Positions 21,513-31,211 are shown, counted from the stretch's first letter. The stretch: DNA of 63,069 nucleotides from Clostridia bacterium (GCA_045577675.1 JAZNIV010000001.1:1-63069), one strand, 5' to 3'. Numbers and translations are program-made. The notes: a model not told the origin generated them from the letters alone.

Positions 21513-23696
21513 TCACCGATTATCACCGATAAAAATGATTTCACAGGATTTTCCGTTTTTAAAAACGATTTTCTTCCCCGTCAGGCTTGAATATAGTATT
21601 TCAACATCGTTGTCGATGGTAATATATACAGCATCATTACATATCTCTGCCTTACAGCCATAGCAAAGCATTTCATTATCTTCTTCTGCTATAAATGCCT
21701 TGTTCAGTACCGTTTCTTCCATACACTTGAAAATCTCATGTACATCGTTATCGCATACACCACCCTGATTTTCAATCATTATTGTTTTATCTTCAAGAAA
21801 CAGGGGACAAGAATTATAGCCACCGACAACAGGATTATCTTTTGACGCACGATACCAATCTGAAATCATCGGAATATACTGTTCACTTATAACAGAATCT
21901 ATGTATTTTCCCTGACATCCGGTATATGGCAACTTTACACTATTATATGCGTCAACAACAGCTTTTTCTGTATTCTTTACAAAAATTTCCGTTTTTAAAT
22001 GCGGTTCGCATACAAAACTCCATCTCAAATTCCCCTCCGCATTCATAAGCTGCAAGCATGCACCCAGACCATTTTCAAATTCTTTTAAATATATTGCTTT
22101 TCCTGTAAGCAAATAAAGATAATATTTCGCATATATAGTCCATGCTGTCCAACCATGGGGACTATTAAGCATATTACCTTTATAGTTCACATCATACTGT
22201 GCTTCCCAATAGCGTATACTCGCACCATTCATTCTTGTATCCGGAATGTTATTCTGTTCAAGACACCTATGTTTATTTATCATATATTCTGCAGCACGGA
22301 CATATTTTTTTCTTTCATTTTTCGGAAGTTCCAGCGCAAAGTATGCCAGCTGCAATGCCGCACATGAAATCATTCCATCTTCAAAAGTCATTTCTCCTTC
22401 TGTTTCCAGATTGTCAAGACGCTCCGCTAAATCATCAATAGCTTTTTTTACTGATTCGTAATGTTCCTTTCCTTTTTCTTTAAAATAATTTTCTGACCTT
22501 TTAAGTTCAGCGTGATATAACTCCATCAGAGATTTTGCCGGATATATAACGCAAGTGTAATGAGTATTTTTCCTATAATATCCTCCGTCCTGTTTTTGCT
22601 TTTCGACAAGCAAATCCCCATACATAGAAGCAAGCTTTAAGTATTCAAGCTCCCCTTCCGCTTCATATCTGTCCACCAAAAGACTAATAAAGCTGGAAAT
22701 GTTTTGTATTCTCTCCGGTATAACCTTCGGTCTTGCAGAATTAAAATCAAAAATCAAAGGCATTATTTCATCAAACATAGCGTTGATAGTGTTATCAAAC
22801 TCAGCATCGGGATAATGTTTCATTGCAAGATATCCCGAAAAAAATCCATACCAGCTCTCACAATGTGTTGTTGCCTTAGGTGGTTTGAACACTACATTTT
22901 CCCGAGCCTTTTCAAGATACCATTTATAATCATTTCTCACATAATATAACGCCTGTGTTTCATGGTCGTTCTCATCCCTTACATTCAATTTATACAGACC
23001 GACTTTGTCTGTATTTTTAGCTATCTCACCATCCGGCCCTATAATAATATCATCATATTTTTTTTCAGATATTATTCTATATGTTATTTTTTCTCCTATG
23101 CCCAATGTATATTTAGAGGATACAACAATCGGAATGCCGATTAAATGATTGATTTTGGCAAAAACATTTTTTTCATTCAATCCCGGCAACAAATATATAT
23201 TCAGCACGCGCTTTTCGCCCGGTTCTAAATATGATGCTTCTTTTGCGACTCTATCCGGCAGAGGAGGCTCACATATAACATCAAAATTAACATTCTCTAT
23301 TCTATGTCCATAGTTTCCTGTTTCAAGTATATTATAATCAAAACTATATCCTGCCGCTGAACTTCCGCAACATATTCCGGTCACATCACCATCTGGCGAC
23401 ATAAAAAAGCCATACATATGTGTCTTTTCAAAACGAAGCATCGTTGGAAACATTTTTTGATTCCATTCCGGATAACTTTCCATATATGTATCTATTCCAA
23501 GTTTGACAGATATTTTTTGAGGCTTATATCTGCAATCATTCCGATTAAACAATTCAACCCGAATAGATATACATTCATCAGTTTCATTCACATCCAATGA
23601 CATCTCAACATTATCATATATTGCTTTTGAATCCAGCAAAATTTCCTTTTCATCTTTTTTTATAAAAAGTTGTGGCATTCTTTTTAACACTTTCAT
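21513..23696 (-). CDS. Cytoplasmic protein of unknown function (possibly an alpha/alpha-toroid glycan-processing enzyme)
   Basis: 727-aa ORF with no signal peptide, lying within the sugar operon. I recognise no motif confidently. Confidence 0.5.
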   Translation of the reverse strand: MKVLKRMPQLFIKKDEKEILLDSKAIYDNVEMSLDVNETDECISIRVELFNRNDCRYKPQKISVKLGIDTYMESYPEWNQKMFPTMLRFEKTHMYGFFMSPDGDVTGICCGSSAAGYSFDYNILETGNYGHRIENVNFDVICEPPLPDRVAKEASYLEPGEKRVLNIYLLPGLNEKNVFAKINHLIGIPIVVSSKYTLGIGEKITYRIISEKKYDDIIIGPDGEIAKNTDKVGLYKLNVRDENDHETQALYYVRNDYKWYLEKARENVVFKPPKATTHCESWYGFFSGYLAMKHYPDAEFDNTINAMFDEIMPLIFDFNSARPKVIPERIQNISSFISLLVDRYEAEGELEYLKLASMYGDLLVEKQKQDGGYYRKNTHYTCVIYPAKSLMELYHAELKRSENYFKEKGKEHYESVKKAIDDLAERLDNLETEGEMTFEDGMISCAALQLAYFALELPKNERKKYVRAAEYMINKHRCLEQNNIPDTRMNGASIRYWEAQYDVNYKGNMLNSPHGWTAWTIYAKYYLYLLTGKAIYLKEFENGLGACLQLMNAEGNLRWSFVCEPHLKTEIFVKNTEKAVVDAYNSVKLPYTGCQGKYIDSVISEQYIPMISDWYRASKDNPVVGGYNSCPLFLEDKTIMIENQGGVCDNDVHEIFKCMEETVLNKAFIAEEDNEMLCYGCKAEICNDAVYITIDNDVEILYSSLTGKKIVFKNGKSCEIIFIGDNR

Positions 23697-23768
23697 TATT
23701 ACAACCTCTACCCTCCGTTATAATTTTACCTTTTCTATGATTTTCTGTATTTTTCCGAATTACAGTAA

Positions 23769-25406
23769 CTAAATATTAATTCCTTTGCCATTTGAATATT
23801 TTACTACTTCTTTATCTTTCGTCTGTTTATAGCTTTCCATAAATTCTAACTGCAAATGCTTCTTTGTTACAAATTCATCATATGCCTCTTTGATTTTGCT
23901 TACAGCATATTTAAGCTGCTCATCCGTATCGCATATCAGATCTTCTCTTCCCAGCCAATCATCCTGATTGCTCCCATTCAGAAAGTGGGAATAAAAATAA
24001 AAGCTCGGTCTGCCGCCGTATGCAATGAATTTTTTTCGGCTTTTCTCCTCCTTAACCGTATAATTCACCGTTGTCGTGGATGGGTTTGATAAAATTATGC
24101 CGTGATATACCAACTGCCAAAACGGTATTTCTTCATCAAATAAATTGCCTGTATCGCCTTCAAAAGTTACATACAAAGCATAATCAAGGTATGGTGCGGC
24201 AAAATCAAACGCGCCTTCCGAGGCAAAGCCTCCAAATAATTCGTGCGACAATCCGCCTATCTTCGCATATAGCTTCTCCGTATCCTGTTCGGTTGCCGGA
24301 TGATTTTTATCATAACATCTTCTAAGCGGCACAACACTCATAACGTCAATATAATGAAGTCCCGAAAATCCGAGTTTCGCTGCCTTGGGAAGTTCCTCTT
24401 TTGCAATTTCATATGCTTTTACAGGGCATAAATCATACATCGTACCGCCGCTCCACGCCAAATCATTTACCGCAAAGCTTCCGTCTGCCTTTTTTACAAC
24501 CATATCGTCTTTGGAAAACCCTTCCGATATATTGTACCAGTCTGTGCTGTTTGTATGGCATACAATCTGATAACCATTATCCTTTGCATATCCTATCAGC
24601 TCTTTTAGTTTTTCTTCTCCGCCAAGCTTTTCCTCAACCGGGAACATTTGCGGCCAGCGTCCGTCATGTCCGCTTTTATTCCATCCGACAAGACATATTT
24701 CCGCCTTATCTACTCCCTGCTTTTTTAGCTCGTCAATTATATCCTTTACTCTGTCAAATGTACACGCAACGTGCATTTCCGGCTCATTTTCAATCGTCTG
24801 TTCCAACACTGTAGGCGGCGCCGGTTTCCAGCCCATTCTGATACGGATTTCAACCGATTCTGCCGCATATGAAAGCGCAGGGTTATCCTTCATACGTTCC
24901 CTTATCGGCACACATGCGCCGCGGTCAAGCTGATATTTTCTGTATTCCCGTGCCATATCATTGTAATCTGCATTGTTATCAAGTCTGTGTATTTCCAACG
25001 ATATATCCTCATACGGTTTGTTTTTGTCAAGAACAAATCTCAGCGCCAGAAAATATTTATTGTTATTAACTCCTACGCGAACATGAAAGCAGTTTTTCAT
25101 TCCTGTTACAATTATCAGCGCTGCATATTCCTGCTTTTTGATGCCTGCTATCGGCATGAGATTTTGCTTTAAAACCAGCTCCTCATCTTCTTTTTTATCA
25201 AACCGGCAAAGATAACTGCCCACCTTATTAACATCTGCAATTACATAATATCCTTCTTCACCGGCGTTTGCCGCAAAGGCATCCATATTTATTTCAACAA
25301 ATTCAATACCCTTTTCTATTTTATTCTTTGGAATTGTTATTCTGCAAATTTCCCCGTTGTCATTCACAATCGGCTCATATATTTTTCCGCTATTATCTAA
25401 AATCAT
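23769..25406 (-). CDS. Cytoplasmic putative TIM-barrel glycoside hydrolase (tentatively DUF5696-like)
   Basis: 545-aa ORF. The segment LVGWNKSGHDGRWPQMFPVEEKLGGEEKLKELIGYAKDNGYQIVCHTN looks like a glycosidase barrel. Its start overlaps the upstream reductase-like gene by 14 nt. Confidence 0.45.
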   Translation of the reverse strand: MILDNSGKIYEPIVNDNGEICRITIPKNKIEKGIEFVEINMDAFAANAGEEGYYVIADVNKVGSYLCRFDKKEDEELVLKQNLMPIAGIKKQEYAALIIVTGMKNCFHVRVGVNNNKYFLALRFVLDKNKPYEDISLEIHRLDNNADYNDMAREYRKYQLDRGACVPIRERMKDNPALSYAAESVEIRIRMGWKPAPPTVLEQTIENEPEMHVACTFDRVKDIIDELKKQGVDKAEICLVGWNKSGHDGRWPQMFPVEEKLGGEEKLKELIGYAKDNGYQIVCHTNSTDWYNISEGFSKDDMVVKKADGSFAVNDLAWSGGTMYDLCPVKAYEIAKEELPKAAKLGFSGLHYIDVMSVVPLRRCYDKNHPATEQDTEKLYAKIGGLSHELFGGFASEGAFDFAAPYLDYALYVTFEGDTGNLFDEEIPFWQLVYHGIILSNPSTTTVNYTVKEEKSRKKFIAYGGRPSFYFYSHFLNGSNQDDWLGREDLICDTDEQLKYAVSKIKEAYDEFVTKKHLQLEFMESYKQTKDKEVVKYSNGKGINI

Positions 25407-26328
25407 CTACAGAAAACCTCCACACTTCACGCTTACGAAACGGCGTTTTAAATTTTCTTTTCAAGACGCCTTTTTCCTCCAAATGTACATAGCATTCCAC
25501 ATCACAGGCACGTCCGCATATCGAACATTGATAAGCATGCTGTGCCGGCGGATAAAAATATATTTTATCAAGAATTTTTCTTGCTGTTTCAGGCGTCACC
25601 TTTGCCTCGCCTGCAATAATCTCCAGTCTGTTATCAAAGCCGTCGAATGCTTCCGGCGGCATAAACGGATTTTTGGTTCCGTTAGCTCCGTTATAATAGA
25701 CAGCACACTGCCACGGGTCGACATTTCCGTTTTCATCAATCGCTCCACCCGGACATGCCTTAATGCATTTTCCGCATTTATCGCATAGATGCGGTGATAC
25801 CTCCTCTGTCGGCTCAATTTCCGCGTCGGTTAAAATAAAGCAATAGCGCACCATCGGTCCGAAGTCATCGGTTAAAAGTGAATTATCAAGTCCTTTTTCA
25901 CCCAATCCGCACTTTAGTGCTGTATCCAAAAAATCAATCTGCGCCTCGGATTTTCTGTTTCTGTATACTGCGTCATACGCAACCTCTGGGTTAGTACTGT
26001 TATCCTCTGCCATAATCTGCTGATGCCGCCTTTGCGGCAGGGCAAGAAATCCGTTTTCCTCCAGCATCATGGCAACCTTCAGCTGCGCCATCGGCATGAT
26101 GGTTTCCTCCATGTTTTCGATAGCCATTGTCGTATACTGATAGTACGTACTGCCTTCCTCAATTCCTCTGTATATTCCGCGCAAAATTCTGAAAGCAAGT
26201 CCTATAACCGTTTTTGTTTCCGGCATAATTTTAAAAATCGGATTATCCTTTGAAAATTTTTCAGCCGGAGCAAAACCGATAATATCCGCTCCGTTTTCCT
26301 TTGCAAGCTGTATTATCCTGTCCTTCAC
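25393..26328 (-). CDS. QueG/reductive-dehalogenase-superfamily-like Fe-S protein, paralogue 1
   Basis: 311-aa ORF. N-terminus LAKENGADIIGFAPA, then CGLGEKG, CDKCGKCIKACPGGAI, WQCAVYYNG..NPFMP and a second cluster CSICGRACDVEC. No signal or Tat peptide. Confidence 0.65.
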   Translation of the reverse strand: MKDRIIQLAKENGADIIGFAPAEKFSKDNPIFKIMPETKTVIGLAFRILRGIYRGIEEGSTYYQYTTMAIENMEETIMPMAQLKVAMMLEENGFLALPQRRHQQIMAEDNSTNPEVAYDAVYRNRKSEAQIDFLDTALKCGLGEKGLDNSLLTDDFGPMVRYCFILTDAEIEPTEEVSPHLCDKCGKCIKACPGGAIDENGNVDPWQCAVYYNGANGTKNPFMPPEAFDGFDNRLEIIAGEAKVTPETARKILDKIYFYPPAQHAYQCSICGRACDVECYVHLEEKGVLKRKFKTPFRKREVWRFSVDDFR

Positions 26329-26329
26329 C

Positions 26330-27232
26330 TTAAAACTCCCCTTTCAGATGCCTGTAGCAGGCAATATCGCACTTTCTTCCGCACAGACACGGCGCGTATC
26401 CCCACTGTGTATTCGGCAGAAAATTCATTTCCTTGTATATTTCTCTTGCCGATTCTGCGTCAAAATGCTTTTCTCCGCTTAATATCTTCTCACGCTCCGG
26501 ATTGTCTTTTAAAAATTCATCGGTAACAAACGGGTTTGATTTATGTGCGCCTTTGTAATAAACCGCGCACTGCCATGTATCAAGACCGTTTTCGCTGACC
26601 GCATTTCCCGGGCAGGCCTTTATACATTCTCCGCACTTGTCGCATATCGCCTCCGAAAGCGGCTCGTCACATTCCAGCGGTGCGTCGGTAATGATAAAGC
26701 AATACCTCATAAACGGTCCGTATTCACGGTTTATTATCTTCCCGTTTAATCCAACATCGCCTAATCCGCAGGCTTTTGCCGCCTTTCCGAAATCGATGAT
26801 TACATCCGGCACAGGCTTTCCCGGTCCTACCGCTTCAGCATGAATAAGCTCATACGTATCTAATACTTCGGGATTTGTGGTCTTATCACCCTTAATTCTC
26901 AAATTTGGTATCGCCTTTTGCAGACAGGCGTCATAACCCTCATTTTCTATCATTCCGCCTATTTTTAAGAGGAAAATTTCTGCCATTTCCTCATCTTCAT
27001 ATTTAACCCCTATAGTAGTATATGTATAATATTGATTTCCTCTGTCCATAGCCTTGTATAGGGCTTTCGGCACTAAAAAGCCAAACCCGATAATACATTT
27101 TGCATCCGGCAAAATCATTTTGGGATCTCTCTGCGGATTTTCTTCATCATATATGTTTCCGATACGACATACCGTCGCACCGAGTTCTTTCGCTTTTTTC
27201 TTTATGATCTCACTTGTCAGCATATTTTTCAC
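26330..27232 (-). CDS. QueG/reductive-dehalogenase-superfamily-like Fe-S protein, paralogue 2
   Basis: 300-aa ORF. KAKELGATVCRIGN, CGLGDVG, CDKCGECIKACPGNAV, WQCAVYYKG..NPFV and CLCGRKCDIAC. Confidence 0.65.
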   Translation of the reverse strand: MKNMLTSEIIKKKAKELGATVCRIGNIYDEENPQRDPKMILPDAKCIIGFGFLVPKALYKAMDRGNQYYTYTTIGVKYEDEEMAEIFLLKIGGMIENEGYDACLQKAIPNLRIKGDKTTNPEVLDTYELIHAEAVGPGKPVPDVIIDFGKAAKACGLGDVGLNGKIINREYGPFMRYCFIITDAPLECDEPLSEAICDKCGECIKACPGNAVSENGLDTWQCAVYYKGAHKSNPFVTDEFLKDNPEREKILSGEKHFDAESAREIYKEMNFLPNTQWGYAPCLCGRKCDIACYRHLKGEF

Positions 27233-27737
27233 CCTTTCTTTTCATGGATCGACAAATAATAATTGATGCAATAATTGATAATTCTGTCAAAAATTCGTTT
27301 ATAACTGTTGCAATAGAGTTGTAATGTATACCGTAAGTCAGCATACCTACCGATGCAAAAAATGCAAACGCTCTTGTAATGGTAATTTTTTTACTTCCGA
27401 AAGCTATTGTTGTCAATACTGAACTGACCGCCGGAACAATACTGTAAATACCCTTCCATGTCATCAGCGACGCCAACACAAACATAATGGAAAATACAAC
27501 GCACCACAGTTTGCTTTTTGCCCATTTTCTATCATAATGGTAAAACACAATCTCACGAAATATAGCAACAGATGTTGTTGCCGCCGCCGAGTAACTGAAT
27601 ATCATAAAATGATGCGCAGCCCAAAGAACATCGGTTGTAAGCTTTAGAATAAGTCTGTTTTTTCGCCGGCGCTGCCAATATATTATTGTTGATATCACCA
27701 TTGCAGCAAAGCCGATTAGCTGACCCACATTTTCCAT
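27210..27737 (-). CDS. YgjV-family (PnuC/SWEET-clan-like) inner-membrane protein
   Basis: The ORF track gives 193 aa. I prefer the start at MENVGQLIGFAAMVISTIIYWQRRRKN (ATG at 27737), directly after the cupin stop at 27739. Hydrophobic segments and the basic loop resemble E. coli YgjV. Confidence 0.6.
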   Translation of the reverse strand: MENVGQLIGFAAMVISTIIYWQRRRKNRLILKLTTDVLWAAHHFMIFSYSAAATTSVAIFREIVFYHYDRKWAKSKLWCVVFSIMFVLASLMTWKGIYSIVPAVSSVLTTIAFGSKKITITRAFAFFASVGMLTYGIHYNSIATVINEFLTELSIIASIIICRSMKRKGEKYADK

Positions 27738-27738
27738 G

Positions 27739-28065
27739 TTACACGCTCTTTTTCTCTGTATTACCCTTATTCGTGCTGCTGTTTTCCACAACCATAACAG
27801 TTGCGTCCTGACTTACCGTTATATGATGCCACTCACCTTTTGGAATGTTATACAGCTTGCATTTTTCCATGGTAACTCTTTCATTTTCGGTATATAGCGT
27901 AGCCTCGCCGGAAAGAAGCGCAAATGCCTCGTCTGTTTCAAGATGACGTTCAAGCTGTTTAAATTCCGAAAATCTTTCACTGTATCTTAAAAATCCGATT
28001 TTCCAGCCTTCAAACTGCATCATTACCTTAAAATCTTCACCGGAAAATTCGTATTTTTCTATCAT
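27739..28065 (-). CDS. Small cupin-fold protein (WbuC-like)
   Basis: 108-aa ORF. LERHLETDEAFALLSGEATLY..IPKGEWHHITV pattern. Its start overlaps the upstream stop by 4 nt. Confidence 0.6.
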   Translation of the reverse strand: MIEKYEFSGEDFKVMMQFEGWKIGFLRYSERFSEFKQLERHLETDEAFALLSGEATLYTENERVTMEKCKLYNIPKGEWHHITVSQDATVMVVENSSTNKGNTEKKSV

Positions 28066-29141
28066 CTGTCAAGCCTCCACGCTTTTTTGGTTCTTAGCGG
28101 CTTTTTAAATCTGTTCTCCATACAGCCGCCTTTCTTTTCCAGTATCGAAACACAGGCTCTTATGCAGCCGCCGCACTTTGCCATGTTATATCCGACCCAA
28201 CTTGGGAAATATTTTTGAAGTGCCGTATAAACTTTCATAATTTCCTGCTCATTTGCAACATCGGTTACACCCTCCATCAGGTCGAGCGCACCGTTTTCGT
28301 TTTTATCCCAGACCTCTTTGGGGACAAAAGGATTATAATATCTGCCGGCATGCGTATAAAAGGCATAGCAGCGCCACATATCAATATCGCCCCATTCGAG
28401 GATTTTACCATCAAGATTTACTGTGACCGTTTTGCCCGAATTAATAGCGGGAATACAGCCGCCCGGACATTCACGAACACAGGCACCGCACCTTCTGCAA
28501 AGGGGCTTACCGGAATACATCTCGTCATACTCCAGTACAGCGTCGGTAAAAATGAATGCCACTCTCTGCAGCGGTCCGAATTCCGGCGTCAAAAGCATTT
28601 TGCTCCATCCTATTTCGCCCAGTCCGCAGGCAACTGCTGCAATTCTGAACTGAAACTGTAAATCCGGCGCAACGCCGCCCTCACGCGCCGGTCTTGTGAA
28701 CTGTACACTGCGATGATGCGCCGTAGAGGTTTTTGCATTCTCATTAACTTCAATCTGCTCCTCCGGAGAAAGGGTGTTTCCCGGTGAACCGTCCATATCG
28801 GATACAACTCCTCTTGCTCCGGTATTACGATAAACAAAAGCCTCATAACCCTCGTCCTCGATTACCTTTCCGACATGATACAAAACTGCCGGAGCAAAGA
28901 TTTCATTAATTCCGCCGTATGCCATGGAAGGGTACTGATAAAACTGTGTTCCTTCTTCAATTCCCCTTTGCACTCCTCTCGGTATACGGAAAACAAATCC
29001 GATGCAGCTTTTAGCCTCCGGGAATAAAAACTGAGGATTCATCTCGTCCGGTGCACCGTCAAATCTTGACATAGGCGCAATTCCGCACGCGTCCGCTCCT
29101 GCTGCCAGTGCGGCCTCCTTAATCATTTTGCTTGTAAGCAT
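28062..29141 (-). CDS. QueG/reductive-dehalogenase-superfamily-like Fe-S protein, paralogue 3
   Basis: 359-aa ORF. AALAAGADACGIAPM, CGLGEIG, CRRCGACVRECPGGCI, WRCYAFYTH..NPFVP and CGGCIRAC. Confidence 0.65.
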   Translation of the reverse strand: MLTSKMIKEAALAAGADACGIAPMSRFDGAPDEMNPQFLFPEAKSCIGFVFRIPRGVQRGIEEGTQFYQYPSMAYGGINEIFAPAVLYHVGKVIEDEGYEAFVYRNTGARGVVSDMDGSPGNTLSPEEQIEVNENAKTSTAHHRSVQFTRPAREGGVAPDLQFQFRIAAVACGLGEIGWSKMLLTPEFGPLQRVAFIFTDAVLEYDEMYSGKPLCRRCGACVRECPGGCIPAINSGKTVTVNLDGKILEWGDIDMWRCYAFYTHAGRYYNPFVPKEVWDKNENGALDLMEGVTDVANEQEIMKVYTALQKYFPSWVGYNMAKCGGCIRACVSILEKKGGCMENRFKKPLRTKKAWRLDR

Positions 29142-29162
29142 TTTATCACCTTTCCTTTATCA

Positions 29163-30146
29163 TCACGGGCATCTCGCAATTCCCTGCGCCCACAGGCATG
29201 CGCCGCATGTGGGCTTTTCATTGAACATGCAATCCCTTTCATTGCTTAACCTATCGTCACAACCGTCACATAGTGTGCAGTCAGGAAATTCAAATTTGTG
29301 TACCTTATCCCTGAATTTTGTATACTCTGCACTATCCCATATCGTCTTTAGGGAATCTTTACATACATTCCCAAAGCTGTGACAAAGAACCCTTCTTTTT
29401 TCCTCAAAAAGATATGTATCACTGCTATGCAGCAGCTGCATACATGGGCATACATCCCCATTCCATTTAATAAAGCATTCATTTCCTTCTATAAACGGGC
29501 AAAAATCATGATATATCTCACTCTTATCACGTACCCTGGATCTTTTTCCAACCGGATATCCGGCATCATATACAGAATTTTCTCTGCTGATCGGATATGA
29601 CGGTACGCAATAGCTTAAATTTATTTCATCAGCGGAAAATCTGTCTGCAAAAACATTTATTTTTTCCGCCTCGGCAATATTATCGTCCATCATAACAAAT
29701 GTAAAGCCGAGTTTACAGCCATTCCTCTTTTTTGTAAAATAAGAAATATTTTTACACAGCGAGTCGAACATTGCGCCACGCTGAATTTTTTCATAGCTTT
29801 CCCTGTCAAAACCGTCCACTGATATCCACAGTTCGTCCAGCCCGTAATTTAGCAGCATATCCGTCATTCTTTCGTCAAGTAAAAAAGCATTTGTCAAAAT
29901 TACCGCAGTTTTTCCCGCCTGCTTAACTTCATAAACCATTTTACAAATATCGTTATGTACAAGCGGCTCCCCCATTCCTGCAAACATAACGGTCTGCAGG
30001 TTCGGCAGTTCCCCAATTGATTTCAAGGTTTTTTCAAATACTTCCCTGCTCATGTCCCCCTGCGGCTCATTTATCCAGCTTTGTCGGAAACACATTTTAC
30101 AGTTTAGATTGCACCGTGATGTCGCTTCAATATATAACTTATCCAT
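29163..30146 (-). CDS. Radical SAM enzyme with a SPASM-like C-terminal Cys-rich domain
   Basis: 327-aa ORF. CNLNCKMC (CxxxCxxC) at residues 12-19. The C-terminus has CPCMQ, CTLCDGCDDR and CGACLWAQGIARCP. Confidence 0.85.
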   Translation of the reverse strand: MDKLYIEATSRCNLNCKMCFRQSWINEPQGDMSREVFEKTLKSIGELPNLQTVMFAGMGEPLVHNDICKMVYEVKQAGKTAVILTNAFLLDERMTDMLLNYGLDELWISVDGFDRESYEKIQRGAMFDSLCKNISYFTKKRNGCKLGFTFVMMDDNIAEAEKINVFADRFSADEINLSYCVPSYPISRENSVYDAGYPVGKRSRVRDKSEIYHDFCPFIEGNECFIKWNGDVCPCMQLLHSSDTYLFEEKRRVLCHSFGNVCKDSLKTIWDSAEYTKFRDKVHKFEFPDCTLCDGCDDRLSNERDCMFNEKPTCGACLWAQGIARCP

Positions 30147-31170
30147 TTACATCCATCAGCTCTGACAAATCAATCAGCGCATTTTTATAATTTTCGCTGC
30201 ACTTATTGCAGGAAGTACAATTTTTATCGCAGAACAAATAGTCGTTTTTGAGCTTAGAGTTGTCAATCACAAACGGGTATATTCTTCCGGCATGATTGGG
30301 TTCTAAAATCTCCAGGATATTCCCGGTACACCTTCTGTTTACATAGCTTTTTAAAATAAGCAATGGCTTATCGGAAACTCTTGTTGCAAGCTTCATAGAA
30401 TCAAAATACGGCTCATACAAATTCACATCCTCCGGTCTTATGAAATTTGTATCGCGTATAAGTGAAATCCGCTTTTGGGGATTTTCCAGATATTCATGGC
30501 AAATGCCGAAAAAGTCATAGCAGTTATCCTTTTTTGCCATTTCACTTTCATGAGCAACAAGATTATCATGAAAAGTATGTGCCGAACAATGGTTAAGACA
30601 TCCGCTGTTTGCAAGAATATGCAGTGTTTTTCCGTTATCATAACACCATTTTTTGAGTTCCTTTATTTTGCCGAAATCACGGTTATATTCTCTCTGCATA
30701 TAATATCCGTCAAAATAATCCGCCAGATAATCCATTCCCTGTATGCTGCCAATCTCCATATTTACTGATGCACGCACACTTATATTTTTAAAATTGTTTT
30801 TTATAAACTTGGCAATAACCGGCGATGTGGTCGTAACGGAAGACAAATTGAAATTTTCCTTTATGTAGTCTATTGTATCGCCTATTTTGTTAAAGAAGTA
30901 TCGCGAAAGGCTGTCCGCTCCGTAGCAGTTACCGTTAAACAGCAGATTAAAAGCTATTCCGCTGTCATTTAGCACTTTAAGGTCGCATATTTGCTGTTCC
31001 ATTGCCTCCCACGGTGTGAGCTGCTGTGTCTGTAAATTCCGTCCATTCGGGAAATCGCCCCACGAAAAGTAAACTTCTTTGATGTTCTCCCTGCACCTGA
31101 TTATTTCATCAATAAACGAGCCGTCAGACAGCATTTGATAACCGACAGAATATTTCAATTTACTCACCAC
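30139..31170 (-). CDS. Uncharacterised protein with a Cys-rich C-terminus, translationally coupled to the radical SAM gene (a U32-like barrel is only a guess)
   Basis: 343-aa ORF. SGCLNHCSAHTFH and C-terminal CDKNCTSCNKC. 8-nt overlap with 29163-30146. Confidence 0.5.
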   Translation of the reverse strand: MVSKLKYSVGYQMLSDGSFIDEIIRCRENIKEVYFSWGDFPNGRNLQTQQLTPWEAMEQQICDLKVLNDSGIAFNLLFNGNCYGADSLSRYFFNKIGDTIDYIKENFNLSSVTTTSPVIAKFIKNNFKNISVRASVNMEIGSIQGMDYLADYFDGYYMQREYNRDFGKIKELKKWCYDNGKTLHILANSGCLNHCSAHTFHDNLVAHESEMAKKDNCYDFFGICHEYLENPQKRISLIRDTNFIRPEDVNLYEPYFDSMKLATRVSDKPLLILKSYVNRRCTGNILEILEPNHAGRIYPFVIDNSKLKNDYLFCDKNCTSCNKCSENYKNALIDLSELMDVNG

Positions 31171-31188
31171 ACTTTTTTACATTTACAT

Positions 31189-31211
31189 ATTGATTTTATC
31201 ATAAAATCGAT
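31189..31211. promoter_or_regulatory. Candidate operator palindrome in the divergent promoter region
   Basis: ATTGATTTTAT-C-ATAAAATCGAT, 10 of 11 arm positions complementary, between the divergently transcribed Fe-S operon and the AraC gene. The direct repeat TTTACATTTACA lies just upstream. Confidence 0.3.

Noticed and set aside
21216-21590. 124-aa plus-strand ORF spanning the binding-protein start, the intergenic spacer and the end of the 727-aa gene.
   Set aside because: It crosses two real minus-strand genes and a terminator-like hairpin, and its sequence is AT-rich and low-complexity.
27738-27791. N-terminal extensions offered by the ORF track. Others are 43636-43734, 48013-48048, 51862-51891, 55822-55872, 61980-62030 and 62191-62253.
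   Set aside because: The extensions overlap the upstream gene, and internal starts with good Shine-Dalgarno sequences fit family N-termini better, so I preferred the shorter models.
29163-30146. Radical SAM/SPASM enzyme considered as an anaerobic sulfatase-maturating enzyme.
   Set aside because: I found no sulfatase (C/S-x-P-x-R signature protein) anywhere in the locus, so that assignment is unsupported. It stays a generic rSAM/SPASM enzyme.
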